From Pristiophorus japonicus (lineage: Eukaryota), in contig NC_091984.1 in NCBI RefSeq assembly GCF_044704955.1, forward strand, positions 177,630,001-177,694,000: a stretch of 64,000 nucleotides of DNA. The letters are read 5' to 3'. A program made the position numbers and the translations under genes. Positions 49,717 to 64,000 of the stretch are shown piece by piece (the first letter of the stretch is position 1; each line of letters begins with the position of its first letter). The notes beneath the pieces were generated by a model. It saw only the letters and a list, made by a program, of their open reading frames with translations, was not told the origin of the DNA and did no database searches.

Positions 49717-50973
49717 CTGGTTGGACCATCAGGGAGTGAAATCCTTTTCTGTCACAAAAAAGCTCTGGGTCCTGAGAAGGTGGCCACATGGTGATATGAG
49801 TGCACTGTATTGCTCCCTGCACCTTGGGGAACTTAGCAATGCGGTAAAACGCTCCTGTCCTGTCAGTCTGTGCCTCCGTGGTCATGGGGAAGCGCGTACA
49901 GGGCCTCCGTGACCTGTCTAATGCAGTGATGGGTGGCATGGTGAGAAAGAGGGGAAATCTCGACCGCGGAGGCCCGAAAGGAACCGGACACGTAGAAAGA
50001 CAGTGCCATGGTGACCTTGACCTCGATCAACACTGATGTCTTTGATAGCAGGCTGCATATGTGGCCTGATGAGCTGACATATTTCATTGATCACCATCTT
50101 GTGGAAGCGCAGTCTCCGAAGGCAGGTATGCTCGGACATGTCGAGGTAAGACATCTTTTCCCTGTAAGTGCGGATTGTGTATGGTCTGGTCCTCCCCCTC
50201 ATTCTTGCATGTCTTAAATTGGGCACATAATGATGTGCATCACACATTGAGCAATCTGCACTCTGCAGCATCTGCGTATTAATCGATGCAGGCTGAGAAA
50301 TGGCTGACCCCATTGCAATCAAAGTATAATAGCGATTGATCAGAAGCAATAATTTCCTCACTATAAAATACACCTGGAGTAAACCCCCAATAGTCCAGAG
50401 TCTGAAAATATGTTGAGATGTTCACTTCACCTGAGAAGAACTCCAGATGTCAATCCAAACTCCCCCGAAGTTGAAGCAGCCCTTTGAATGAAGTGACCTG
50501 CGATTTAAAAAATGGCATCCACACCGATGGCTTTAGTTCAGAACAGTTTCACTTCTTCGGGGTGGTTTTTTGAGCAAGCGATATTGTGGGTGATATGTGT
50601 GTGAGGTGGTGAAAACAACGGTGGGTGATCTCCTGTGCATTAGTTTCAGCAAATGTGATCTTTACGACAAAAAAAATGGACTGGCGGTATTGAATCTCGG
50701 TGTTAATTCCGCGCGGATACTAACGTTGGGCGATATTATGGCTGTTGATTTCACCCATTCTGATGATTCTGCCCCAAAAAAGTGGGCGGGCGGTATTTTT
50801 TCCTGACATTATGCACATGGGGAAAGTAACGCTTGGTGATAAGTTTCTGAAAAATGCCCTTCAGTTTCCATTTTGAACTAAATGGGCAATATATGGGCAT
50901 TATACGTAATTTCAGCAGTAAAATGGACATTAAGTGGGTGTTAAGCATGCAAAAAACGTGGAAAATCTAGCCC
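49717..50973 (-). mobile_element. Harbinger fragment: transposase N-terminal half + one TIR
   Basis: YLDMSEHTCLRRLRF, QGAIQCTHI and RKGFHSL; terminus ggaaaatctagccc. Same family as the element starting at 59482. Confidence 0.85.
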
Positions 50974-51403
50974 TAGGTCTGTAAATGTGGGTCCTGGGTT
51001 GATTCTGTGTTGGTAAGAGCTGTTTGAGGTCCAAGCTTACTTGCCTGATTTCCTCTTCCTCCTGGAAATCTATAACAAACCTTAGAAGATGCAGTTGAAT
51101 AGTCAAGCTTGGCTATGTGATTTCAGTGTCCAAGAAGGAAGAGAAGGATAATGTACAAAAAAATAGAAAAATAAACAAGATAACGATAGATGGTTAGTTT
51201 GTCATTAATGGTTATTAGAAATGCTAAAATGTTACAACACAGCATATTTTCCATCAACAACATTAAGAACTGCAGAAAAATAGCTAACATTACGAAGAAC
51301 AATGACTAGATTAATACATTATTCTCTGCACTGTTTGACGTTCATAATCACATTCGATTGAGTGAATGGCCCATTTCCGTTTATCACTTGTTCTAATCTT
51401 TAC

Positions 51404-51481
51404 CTTGCTGGCTTTGCAGTTCAGTGTTCAAGTTCTTGAAAGAGTCTTGCAATTGCTTTATCTCCTTTGAAATGTGTAGCT
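51404..51481 (-). CDS. Gene B coiled-coil neck exon (ELHISKEIKQLQDSFKNLNTELQSQQ)
   Basis: 78 nt, phase 1-1, ttttcaag acceptor, AAG|gtaaag donor, heptad pattern. Confidence 0.75.
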
Positions 51482-52543
51482 CTTGAAAATGTTAAAAGAA
51501 AATTCTTACAATTCAACTAGTTTGGGTTAACTAATAACTAACCATCCATTTAACAATTGAGATAAAAATATAATGGGATAGATATTCCACCTGACAATTG
51601 GGCGTAAAACTTGCATTGTGGTTATCCATCAGAGAAACCATCCGATTTATATATCATTGGCCGTGATCTTGGTCTCAACTGGTAAAGTGGGCAGCATGTC
51701 AGGAACGAGTGCACGAATATGTGCACCCAAGGCTGGCTCCAAATTGGATCCTGGGCCTCTTTTCCAGAATACGTGTGAGCTGCAGGCACCAGTCAAGCAT
51801 CTGAATGCAGCTCCCCAAAACTTGCCGGCTCAGACACCTAACCCGTCCATAGGTCATTCCTGGGGGGAGGGGTGTCAGGTGAATGGAAGGGGGCGAACTG
51901 GTTAGGCCACAGTAGATTCGGTAAAAGTAATCTGCGGTGCCAGAAACCGGCGTTAACCCCCCTGATTAGCATTAATGACGGTTTTGGGTGGGCACCCCAG
52001 CACTTCTGGTGGGGAATCAGGCATGGGAGATTGCGCCCACAATTCGGCCCCCCAACTTAAAGGGCCCAAGTTTCCACACGATAAAAAACGGGCGCCCAGC
52101 CTAAAAAAAAAATCGCAATTCTGGAGCGTTCTGCAGCTCCTTGTCTGCCTGGCGCGGCGCCCAGGGGGGCGGAGCCTACACTCGCACCGATTTTGTAAGT
52201 GGGAGGGGGCGGGTACTATTTAAATTAGTTTTTTTTCCTGCTGGCAACACTGCGCGTGCGCGTTGGAGCGTGCGCGCATGCGCAGTGTGAAAAAAACATT
52301 GGCACTCGGCCATTTTAGAAAGTGCTGCAGAAAACGTGAAGATTTGTTCTTGGACCCCTGCAAAGGCTTGTATTTTAATTTTATTGATATTTCTGTGTGT
52401 GAGAGAGTGCTTTTAGCAGCACTGCTGAAGAAATCACCTGCTGAAATCAGTGAGTTCAGCTTTTCACTGCTAAACTTGCAGTACCTGTGCCTGCAAATTA
52501 AGGACTGTGTTTGGAGAAAAAAAAGTGACAATTCAACTTTGCA

Positions 52544-54224
<1,681 letters not shown>

Positions 54225-54833
54225 GGAAGTGAACGTTCACTGAGATGTGGATGAGACATGGTTGCAGCCTTTCTTTGCTGCTTTTGTTCTTGTTCTTGAT
54301 GTAGCTGTAGTAGCGTTTTTCAAATTGAAATTGTTTTGTAAGTTTTGTTACGTTACAACTTATAAGAGATCTTATGGTTTTTAAGTGATCTTATAGTGTA
54401 AATGCTCTCACAATTTTTTGTATCTTATTTAATTTTGCACCTAAAAAGTGATCCTGAAGTTTAAAAGTGTTCTTGAGAGTGTAAGATTTTTCAAATTGAA
54501 ATTGTTTTGTAAGTTTTGTAACTTTACAACTTATAAGTGATCTCGGGGTTTTCAAGTGATCTTATAGTGTAAATGCTCGCACATTCTGTAAATTATTTAA
54601 TTTTGCATCTAAAAAGTGATCTTGAAGTTTAAGTGATCTTAGAGTGTAACATTTTTCACATAGAAAGTGTTTTGTAACTTTTGTAACTTTACAAGTTTAT
54701 AAGTGATCTTAAAGTTTTTAAGTGATCTTCAAGAGTCATATTAAAAAGTATAGTTTGATACAACAAATATTTTATTAGAGTGACGTTAACTTTTCAATAA
54801 AATATTTTTTCATTAAAACTGTTTCATGTTCCA

Positions 54834-55071
54834 TTAACACAACTCAATGACAACTTCTCTGCGAAAACGCAGCCTTTTTACACAATCAGCCTCGCTCATG
54901 TCCAGGTACGAGCGCCTGGTTCGATATTGTCGACGTGGGTAAGGTCTCCTGCCCATCAACCTACGGGCTACGACGTTCCTGTTGCAGTGAGCTCGAATCA
55001 ATTCTCTCCTATGCAGTGAATTGATGGCGAACCATTGCATAATATGTGGTGTTGACAATGCAGCACCCATT
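54834..55071 (-). pseudogene. Harbinger transposase N-terminal stub (DDE core absent)
   Basis: MGAALS..RQYRTRRSYLDMSEADCVKRLRFRREVVIELC*. Confidence 0.8.
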
Positions 55072-55169
55072 CTGCAAATATAAATATAAAACTGTCGATG
55101 TGGCTGCCTCTCCCTGTCCAAATGGCCTCAGTCCCCCTCACAACTCGAAGCCTGCTGCTGTATCTTTGG

Positions 55170-55625
55170 CTGCCTGCCTGCCCCTCCCTCCCCTCCCTCC
55201 CGTTCGCGGGAACATCGCTGAGCTGACTAAGGCTTCCACCTCAAGTGGAAGGCTGCTTGCTGCCTCGTTACTGCCTGCCCCTCCCCTCCCCTCCCTCCCG
55301 TTCGTGGGAACATCGCTGAGCTGACTAAGGCTTCCACCACAAGTGGAAGGCTGCTTGCTGCCTCGTTACTGCCTGCCCCTCCCCTCCCTCCCTCCCATTT
55401 GCGGGAACGTCGCTGAGCTGACTAAGGCTTCCACCTCAAGTTGAAGGCTGCTTGCTGCCTCGTTACTGCTAGCCCCTCGTCTCCCCTCCCTCCCTCCCTC
55501 CCGTTCGCGGGAACATCGCTGAGCTGACTAAGGCTTCCACCTCAAGTGGAAGGCTGCTTGCTGCCTCGTTACTGCCTGCCACTCCCCTCCCTCCCGTTCG
55601 CGGGAACATCGCTGAGCTGACTGAA
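55170..55625. repeat. ~98-bp tandem repeat (5 units) upstream of the transposase stub
   Basis: gaac(a/g)tcgctgagctgact recurs near 55210, 55308, 55405, 55511 and 55604. Confidence 0.9.
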
Positions 55626-56414
55626 GCACTTTCACACAGGTAGGAAGATGGTTTATTTAATCTTTTCTTTGCTTATAAATGTTTATTCAGGTTGGATTTA
55701 TTTGTATAGTATTTGTATAAGTATAAATAAGGATTTATTGTCGAATGTAATGACTTCCCTTCCCCCCCCTCCCCCCACCTCGTTCTGGACGCCTAATTTG
55801 TAACCTGCGCCTGATTTTATAATGTGTAGAACAGGTTTATTCAGTTCTACAAAAATCTTCACTTGCTCCATTCTAAGTTAGTTTGGAGTACGTTTTCACT
55901 GTGGAAACTTTGAAATCAGGCGTCAGTGGCCGGACACGCCCCCTTTTGAAGAAAAAATTCTGTTCTAAAGTAGAACTGTTCTACCTGACTAGAACTGCAG
56001 AAAAAAAATGTGGAGAATTGCGATTTCTAAGATAGTCCGTTCTCCACCAGTTGCTCCTAAAAATCAGGCGCAAATCATGTGGAAACTTGGGCCCAAAGTG
56101 TGTACCCCTAAAACAGACATGAAAGTTACCAATTTCTCCATCAATGATTTCAATGGAAATGTAAATCGGGTTGTTTCTATAATGGCTGGTCGATCCACAA
56201 TGACAGTTTTACACCCAGGCGTAAGTTGAAAATCTATCCCACTGTTGGTAAAATAACCCAAGGCTCCAATGTCCACTTCATTAAATGCGCATAGAAAAAA
56301 ATTAACTGGTGGCCGCTGTCTAAAAACGGTAAGCTATTTACATAAGCAGGACATTAGAAATGTAATAAATTGTGTTCTGGATTACTGAATACAGAATGAT
56401 GACCAACATCTTAC

Positions 56415-56493
56415 CATAGGTTTTAATTTTCTCTTCTGAATTAAATGCAATCTTTGTCAAAACTTTGCCCAGCTGGCATCGCTATGTCGGACT
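56415..56493 (-). CDS. Gene B probable neck exon with a +1 frameshift (ESDIAM/QLGKVLTKIAFNSEEKIKTY)
   Basis: tttcag acceptor and ATG|gtaaga donor. It is 79 nt against 78 nt for the other neck exon; removing one C opens the frame. Confidence 0.6.
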
Positions 56494-58072
56494 CTGAAAT
56501 TTAAAGAAAAATAATGCTAACAACATAGGAATGAAACGACCGGAGGCAGTTAGCGTATGAGAATTGTGTGGGGGTGGGATGAAACTCAACTTCGGGGGTG
56601 GGATGAAACTCAACTTCAGCGGTGAGACAAAGCAGGCGGTAATGAATAGATCATCGGTTAGAGGCAGCGGACTCGCTACTGCCCATTTTGCTTCTCTCCG
56701 AAATTGAAATTCACCCGCATCAAGTGGAAATGGAGGAACAATATGCGGAAGCTTGAGGAAGAGAATGTAGAAAAGAAAATACTACTTTGTCAAAACTGCT
56801 GTGTCATCACTCCTGGTAATCTGGATAATGCATTCTTTTATAGCAATGGAGCACTATGTTCTATGAGGATCACAAATAATTATTCTGCTACTATAGCAGC
56901 TTAATTTATAGACTGACTCATACACGTGAAAATGTGTAATTGATATAAATTCTGCGAGAAATTAGAAGTTGGTTGTTGTTGGGGCGTTTGCAAATCGACA
57001 GCTGGTTAGATTATCATGGCTCGATTAGAGAAATTAGCATAAGATACATGGCGTTCTTCCTCTTTTTTCATTTTATCTCCTTATGTGATGTCCGAAGTAT
57101 AACCACCCAACGCTAGATGCCAATCATATATGTGCTTGACCACTTTCAGAAGCGTGTTGTTAGTTCATAGATAATAAATTGAAGACATTACGATTTGGCT
57201 GAACTCTCACATTTCTCTCACGACATGATGGCAGTCTCCATTCCACCTCCCTTTCTCACTGATCTCCATTCCTCCAGTCTCCCTCTCTTTCCCTGACTCC
57301 CATTCAACGACCCGCACTATTTACCGCCCGCCCGCCATCTTCCACTCTTCTCCACCTCCATCCCCCGAAACCTCAATCTCCCCCTCTCCCGATTCTCATA
57401 CTCTAGCCAACCTTTCTCGCCCTGTGCATCCATGCCTCGAACACCAGTCTCCCTCTCTACCACGACCCCACATCAACAATTCCCCAAACCCCTTCCTGCC
57501 TAATTCCCAAGAACCCACATCCTCACTTCAGGAATCACGACCTCCCATCTTCTTCCCGAGGCCTGCGATTCCGGAACTCTCAAACATCCCCGCTCACAAG
57601 CCGGTTCCAACCCCCTGCAGCTTGTGTGTGGAGTGGGGTTGGGGAGACATCAAACTGGAGGCTTTGCGGCTGTAGCTGGTGACTCCACGGAGGGGCGTTG
57701 CTGTACCGGGAAATTTACAAAACACATAGACGAGCAGCAGTTCTTCGACGATCAATGCCCCATTCAACGAGACTGGCAGGCAATTCAGGAGGGCTGGCAT
57801 TACACAGAATGTAAATCAAAATGTTTCAAAAATGTATCTTTATTTGCTGGCTTACAGCTACCCACTTATCCGAAGACATTTTGTTGAGAGGTCCTTCAAC
57901 AAGCAGGGCCCTGATTAACATAGCTAAGGGGCCTGTCTTCTGTACTTGTTGCCGGTCAGGATGCCTATAAAATGGTCCCCACGAATTTGCAGATTGAGTG
58001 TAGGTGTGTCCCCGTGAAAAGGACGCTCAGTAACTAATTTCTGCCCCCGAAGTTTACAGCTCAGATAGAGAC

Positions 58073-58332
58073 TGTTGTGTCTTTACACACTTCAGCAAAT
58101 CAACACGAGGCACATACTTTGGAGACAAGGTCACTCTGTGACCTGTACCTTCATTCACAGGACCAAGAAGTGATGACCCTGCGTGGGACCTCCCTTTATA
58201 TACCTGGATGATCAGGTGAGGAGTGTCTCCCACAATTTCACCCCCTGTGGTCAAGATGTGCATTTCTCAGGGTATACAGTGTAGAGTGTTGTTACATGAA
58301 GGTTACAGTTGTGTGAGGTTACAAACATGACA
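58073..58332 (-). mobile_element. Solo LTR (260 bp)
   Basis: tgttgt...atgaca termini, perfect 5-bp TSD gagac, and TATA-like tatataaag on the minus strand. Confidence 0.85.
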
Positions 58333-58719
58333 GAGACCATGTGACCTATTGATGAAGATTTTCAACATTCCACCCTGGCGTAAAACCTGAGTTGTGGATG
58401 GGCCACATAGCGTTGAAAGTGCTAGATTTTCATCTCTATTGATTCCAATGGAAATTAAAATCTGGCAGTTTTTATGTTCCGTGGCCGATACTAAATGTCA
58501 GTTTTACTGCAAATCTAACCAGTCGTGTCTCACTTATACAATGCATAACTAGCCCTACTGTCCACTCTGCCCCAGCTCTGTGTCTTACACTCTTTGAAAT
58601 ATTTATAATTTTTTTCTGGAAAGATACAATGGTTCCCCCCCCTCAAGTAACCCATCTGACAAGAGATTCCATACTCCCGTGGCATTCTGCATGAAGTATC
58701 AGTGTCATGGTCACCATGA

Positions 58720-59481
58720 AACTAACATGTTTTGGTGCAGGGGGGAGGACTTTAGATTCCCATGGCATTGGGACCAGTTCTGGAGCAGGAGGGACCTTTT
58801 CAAGGTGGATGGATTGTAACCTGACAGAGCTGGAACAATTGACTTCACGGGAAGGTTAACTAGTACTGGGGGGGGGGGGGGGGGGGTTTAAATAATTTTG
58901 AATTAAGAAACAATAGAGGAACTATTATTAGAGGGTGCATGCTATAGACCACAAAATAGCGCAAGGAGAAAATTTGCTTGCAAATTACAGAAAGATGCAA
59001 GATACAGTGATAATGGGATACTTCAATTATCCTAATATAGACTGGGATAGTAACAATGTAAAGAGTGAATGGGAATTAATTCCTGCAATGTGTAAACGAG
59101 AAATTACTCGATCAGTGTTTTTCCAGTCCAGCGAAGAAGGAAAAAGTGCAGGATCTAGTTCTGGGGAATGAAGTGGGGGAATGTTTAAGTGGGGGAGCAA
59201 TTTGGGAAGAGTGATCATAGTATCAGCAGGTTTACAATAGTAATGGAACAGGACAATGAATAATCAAAAGTAAAAATACTTAACTGGAGGAGGGCTAACT
59301 TCAATGTGTTGAAAAAGTATCTGGCCCAGGTGCATTGGAATAAAAATTGGTAGGCAAAACCATAACTGAACAATGGGAGACCTTCAAAGAGGATATTGTT
59401 TGGGTATAGGATAGACACATTCCCATGATGCTGAAAGGAAGGGCATCCAAAGCTCGAGTTCCCTGGATGACTAAAGATATA
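58720..59481 (+). mobile_element. Old CR1 fragment (ORF1 end + endonuclease), interrupted by a Harbinger
   Basis: Degenerate esterase C-terminus (HWDQFWSRRDLFKVDGL), VIMGYFNYPNIDW and SDH. Confidence 0.75.
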
Positions 59482-59933
59482 GGGCTGGACTTTTCATTTT
59501 TGTACAGATCAGCCAAAAATGGGTGTTATTTCCAGCATGGGTGGTAAAAATGGGTTTTGAGATCGCTGGATTATCGCCTATTTTCTAAACCCTAACTTTC
59601 CATTTTTGAAAATGGGCATTACTGTAAGTGATCAGAAATGGGCGTTAACGTTAAATTTTTTTGACCTTCTGCCATAGTGTCGCCAACCATAGCAACGGCA
59701 TAGCAACACTCATTTCCTGCATTTCAGGAGGTTCGGGGTCATCATTACATTTGCATAAAAGTAGACAGAGAGAGAGAGAGGGAGCAGAGAGGGACTGAAT
59801 GCATATGTGGGTGTGGTGTGTGCTTCTTTGGCTGTTGTGGGTAGCATGAGGGAGATTCACCAGCAGCAAAATGCCTACTAAGCACAAAGAAGGTTGTTGG
59901 CACCGAGTTTTTGTGGGAAAACTAATATTTAAC

Positions 59934-61700
59934 ATGGAAGGGATGGAGGAGGCGACCCAGCACACTGAACATGCTGGCGAAAGCAGAGAGCTGGGAGAGG
60001 AACAATTGGGAGGACACAAAAGAGCAAGGAGGTTCTCGGACGAGGCAAATGCCTCCCTCATGCAGAAGATGGAGTCATGCTGGGGTCAATTGACCCAAGG
60101 AGGGCGTGGGAAGCTCACCCCAAAGGCCTACCAGAAGATATGGGCCGAGATAGCAGAGGTGATCTCGTCGGCGACCAATGAGGTGTGTTAGGGCAACCAA
60201 TGCCGCAACCTTGTCGGATCCGCCAGAGTAAGTATTACATTTATTTACATGTACTTATATATTTATATAATTGGAATTGTAAGTATAATGAGTGATTAAA
60301 ATCAGATGTGATGTCTTGCACTTATACCGGGAAGGTTGTGCTCAAAGCCTGCGGTCATGGTGTACATCTTTAGGTAAAGAATGATTATAATGAAAATTAT
60401 CGTGATTACATCTGTCGGTTATGTGTTGTATCAGTCTCTGTGACAGCACCTAGCAATGATATCATGCAATGGTCTCATGCCATGTCGTGCTGTTGTTACC
60501 CTTTACAGAAGAAGCTTTCGAGGAATAGGGCTGAGCAGAGGCGAACTGCACTCACTGACCTTACCGATATCGAGGAATGGGTGCTGGCAGTAGTGGGGGC
60601 CCACCCATGGTTAGCCACACAAGCAGCAGCAGAGCCTGATGTGATGCCATGTAAGTAAAGTATACATCATTACATGATGTAAAGTCAATAGATGCCACAC
60701 CTACTCATATCCGACCAATATTATATGATAAATAATAATGTCCTCATGAGAATCATTGCAGTGCAGAATGTGGTGCTGGTCATGAAATGTGATGTCTGTG
60801 ATGATCTTGATAGCGGTGTTGCCTTTGTCGTGCATATGCTGTGTGTAACGCTGGACTCACCTTGTGACCCTAGCGCCCCTTTCTCCTCTAATAACCTCAT
60901 TTATAGTTTGCAGCTCAGCCAGCAGCGTAGCCCCATGCAAGAACACCGAGCCCAGAAGGTGGGGGCGCGGAAATGGACACGTCGGACTCTCCTCCATCTG
61001 GTGCTGAGGATCACCAATTCTCACCCGTGCATCTGCTGGGTTCCTTCTCAATGGATGACAGTGCTGACTTTGAACAGCCTGCATCCCCAACCTCCATAAT
61101 CCATTTGTCACTGATGACATCTAGTGCTCCTGTGGCCATTCCCACCTCCACCGTGGAGGTACTGGGCCAAAGCACCTTGCCGCAGAGCACCCCACGTGTC
61201 TCCAGGATGGCGCTGACCAAGCGGAGGTTGGCTCGATGCAGCAGTTCTGCTCCACGAGCGGGAAATCTGAGCGGGGACATGGTACACTTGTCCAGGAGGA
61301 GTGTGGACATAGGTCAGCAGATCCAGCAGACAATGGGAGGTATATCCCTCCAGCTGGCCAGCATGTCCGCCACCATGACGGAGTACGTGCCGCGGATGGT
61401 GGAGGCCCTGGAGCTGATAGCCAGGAACACTGGTGGCAGAGGCTTCCCAGTTGTCATGGAGCGTGGCACTTCACTCCAAGGTGCCACACCCGCAGTGCCA
61501 ACAACACATGAGAGCCAGGAGGAAGATCTTGCTTCTGGCGCAGAGGACATTCCCACCTTGGGACCGTCCTCTCCTGCATCCATCCAAGCAGTGGTTCTGC
61601 CGTCATTCCCCCCAATGAAGCAATGCCTGAGGAGCTTCTCAGCCAGGTGGCTTGGAATCAGGAGGGGAAAGGGTAGAGGTGGGGAGGAGAAGTGGGGGTG
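59934..61700 (+). pseudogene. Harbinger Myb/SANT-like gene (spliced, degraded)
   Basis: KRARRFSDEANASL..W..YQKIWAEIAE; gtaagt donors near 60228 and 60652; Ser/Pro-rich last exon. Confidence 0.75.
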
Positions 61701-62151
61701 GGGGGGTGGTGAAAAGAAAGTGAGGTGCGCGGATGCAGGTGTTGTCTTGGGCATATTTTTATGTTGGTGCTATTTTGGTGGGAGGGTCGGTGGAAGGGGT
61801 GAGGGGGCTACCTTGCTGGGTTGCATTTGTGTTCTGTGTTGCAGGAAATGGTGACCAATCGAATGATGTAAATGTGATAAATTTATTGTGGGATGGGGTA
61901 TTTTTTACAGTTATAATTATGATTTCACACAAATGGTCGGATTAAATGTTTTTTATTTAACATAACCCTGTTGCACATTGTCTCAGATAGCTGCACGGTT
62001 ACACACTGGTGATTCCTTAACATGAAAGGATATAATTACACTTAACTTAAATCAACTTAAACTTTAACTGTCACTAAGATGATGCACACCATTGATGTAT
62101 GACCTGCACACCCAGCAGTGTTGCAGCTTTGTAAATAACAACAACATTCGT

Positions 62152-63349
62152 TCAAGCAAAGCGCTCATATATGAACTGCTGATGTAAGAATCTTGCAGCT
62201 ATGTAGCCACCACGGGCCCTTTTCTGCGATCGAGAGGAGGCCGGGCACATGATTTCAGTGTCAGCCTGATTGTCTGGCCCGAGGTCAGCATCCACCTCCT
62301 CGTCCTCCTCTTCCTCTCTCTCCTGAGGTGGAGCATCAATCCCTTCTGGCAATTCTTGTCCCCTCCTGATAGCCAAGTTGTGCAGTATTGAGCACATCAC
62401 CACGAATTGAGCTACCTGCTCAGAGTGGTATTGGAGCTCAACTCCTGAGTGGTCCAGGCATCTAAAGCATTGCTTTAACACGCCAATGGTTTTCTCGACG
62501 ATATTGTGAGTGGCTCTATGGCTCTCGTATCGCTTCTCTGCTTCAGTGTGGGTGTCACATGGGGGGTCATCAGCCAGGTGGCGAGGCTATATCGTTTGTC
62601 ACCAAGCATCCAGCATTGACCTTGTGGCTGACTGGTAAACATGTCAGATACAGCGCTTTCACGCATTATGTGAGCATCCTGGATGCTACCTGGAAATTTG
62701 GCATTCACTGCCATAATTATTTGCTGGTGGGCGACAATGAGTTGAACATTCAGGGAGTGGAATCCCTTGCAGTTCCTAAAAACCTCTGCATCCTGAAAAG
62801 GTGCCCGCATCACGATATGCATACAGTCTATTGCTCCCTGCACCTTGGGGAAGTTAGCAATTCGGTAGAATCCTAAAACCCTCTCAATCTGAGCCTACCT
62901 GGTCATAGGGAAGCTGATAATGTCCATCCTGTGTGCATAAAGGGCTTCAGTGACCTGTCTAATGCAGCAATGTGGGGCATGCTGAGATATACTGCAAATG
63001 AGACCTGAAAGGAACCCGACGCGTAGAACGAAAGTTCCGCGGTGTCCTTGACCTCGACAGACAGTGCCTTTCTGATGGTGTTGGCAGTCTGCAGATCTCA
63101 CCTGATGAGCTGGCATATCTCACTGATAACATCCTTGTGGAAGCGCAGTCTCCTCAGACAGGTGTTATCAGACAAGTTGAGGTAAGACAGCTTCTCTCTG
63201 TAAGTGCGGGGGGTGTAAGGTCTGGTCCTCCTCATCAGTCTGGCACGTCTTAGATTGCACACATAATACTGTCAAATATATATTCTACCATCTCTAATCT
63301 GCAGCATGTGCGTACTCATCAAGACAGGCTGAGAAATGACAGACACCAT
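62152..63349 (-). pseudogene. Harbinger DDE transposase (HARBI1-like), frameshifted
   Basis: GAIDCMHI, KGFHSLNVQ, PGSIQDA, LGDKRY, LKQCFRCL and CSILHNLA motifs, with an acidic tail. Confidence 0.9.
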
Positions 63350-63351
63350 TC

Positions 63352-63533
63352 CATCATTGGATTTATTCAAGAGGGAGTTAGATATGGCCCTTACAGCTAA
63401 AGGGATCAAGGGGTATGGAGAGAAAGCAGGAAAGGGGTACTGAGGGAATGATCAGCCATGATCTTATTGAATGGCGGTGCAGGCTCGAAGGGCTGAATGG
63501 CCTACTCCTGCACCTATTTTCTATGTTTGTATG
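63352..63533 (+). mobile_element. Short CR1 3' fragment inserted just upstream of the transposase ATG
   Basis: Matches 2230-2405. Confidence 0.88.
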
Positions 63534-64000
63534 CTTCAATAACTATCAGTATTACACCGATTGGTCATAAACTGTAAATGTCCCCACTAAGACACCTAAA
63601 GTAAATTCCAATCGTCCACAGTATGATAAGATGTTTGGTCAGATGTTCATATCACCTTAAAAGAACTCCAGAGTACATCCAAACTCCCCCGAAGTTGAAG
63701 CAGCATTTTAAATGATGCGATCTGGGATTTAGAACATGGCGTCCTTACCGGTGTGATTAATTCAGGTGAGAGCAACTTTTTCACGGCGGTTTTTTCGGCG
63801 AGCGATATTGTCGGCGAGATGTGTGCAATGTGCCGAAAGTAACGCTGGGTGATTTTCTGGGCGTTAGTTTTGGCAAATGTGATCTTTACGACAAAAAAAA
63901 GTGGCCGGGCGGTATTATTAAATCTCGGCATTAATTACTTGCCAAAAGTAATGGTGGGTGATATTATAGGCATTGGTTTTGCCCACTGATCTTTCTGCCC

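Larger units (their letters stand above)
59482..64000. mobile_element. Two-gene Harbinger transposon (Myb-like +, transposase -), running off the right edge
   Basis: Left TIR gggctggacttttc; convergent genes; the right part is colinear with 50280-50780. Confidence 0.88.

Noticed and set aside
56990-57075. Possible degraded TM or cytoplasmic exon of lectin gene B (KRKNAMYLMLISLI / VSYANF)
   Set aside because: No convincing splice sites and nearby stops; it cannot be supported.
57640-57990. FDDQ and LLAYS peptides faintly like an ecto-ADP-ribosyltransferase
   Set aside because: The motifs are in different frames with wrong spacing. The region ends in a Harbinger-like terminus (aatttctgccccc, ~58047).
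58868-58886. 19-nt G homopolymer
   Set aside because: Slippage expansion within an old CR1, or a sequencing artefact.

Overview
Eukaryotic, repeat-saturated genomic DNA. The repeat families (CR1 LINEs with (TTCTATGT)n-type tails, Penelope remnants, a tRNA-derived SINE, many PIF/Harbinger elements) suggest a cartilaginous fish; this is an inference. The only host genes I can support are two minus-strand type II C-type lectin receptor genes. Gene A is represented by intact cytoplasmic and transmembrane exons at 5195-4897 and continues off the left edge. Gene B has neck and CRD exons at 56493-38441 with a QPD/WND galactose-type motif and appears pseudogenised. Most of the remainder is nested mobile DNA: one near-full-length CR1 (15970-20726) plus many fragments; an 8.3-kb retrovirus-like LTR element (29172-37466; tRNA-Ala PBS, tether plus RNase H, env apparently deleted); several two-gene Harbinger transposons and derivatives; L2, RTE and Penelope fragments; and two solo LTRs with perfect 5-bp TSDs. 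The most interesting signals are: (1) a -1 slippery heptamer abutting the ORF1 stop in three CR1 subfamilies, a candidate programmed frameshift; (2) the loki/spuma-like provirus with an env splice-acceptor remnant and a 180-bp templated inversion; (3) a TATA-monomer 5' array on the CR1; (4) a 140-bp hammerhead-like Penelope unit inserted on its own with a 14-bp TSD; (5) a 5'-to-5' CR1/RTE chimera. All assignments were made by eye. Boundaries of degraded repeats are approximate.
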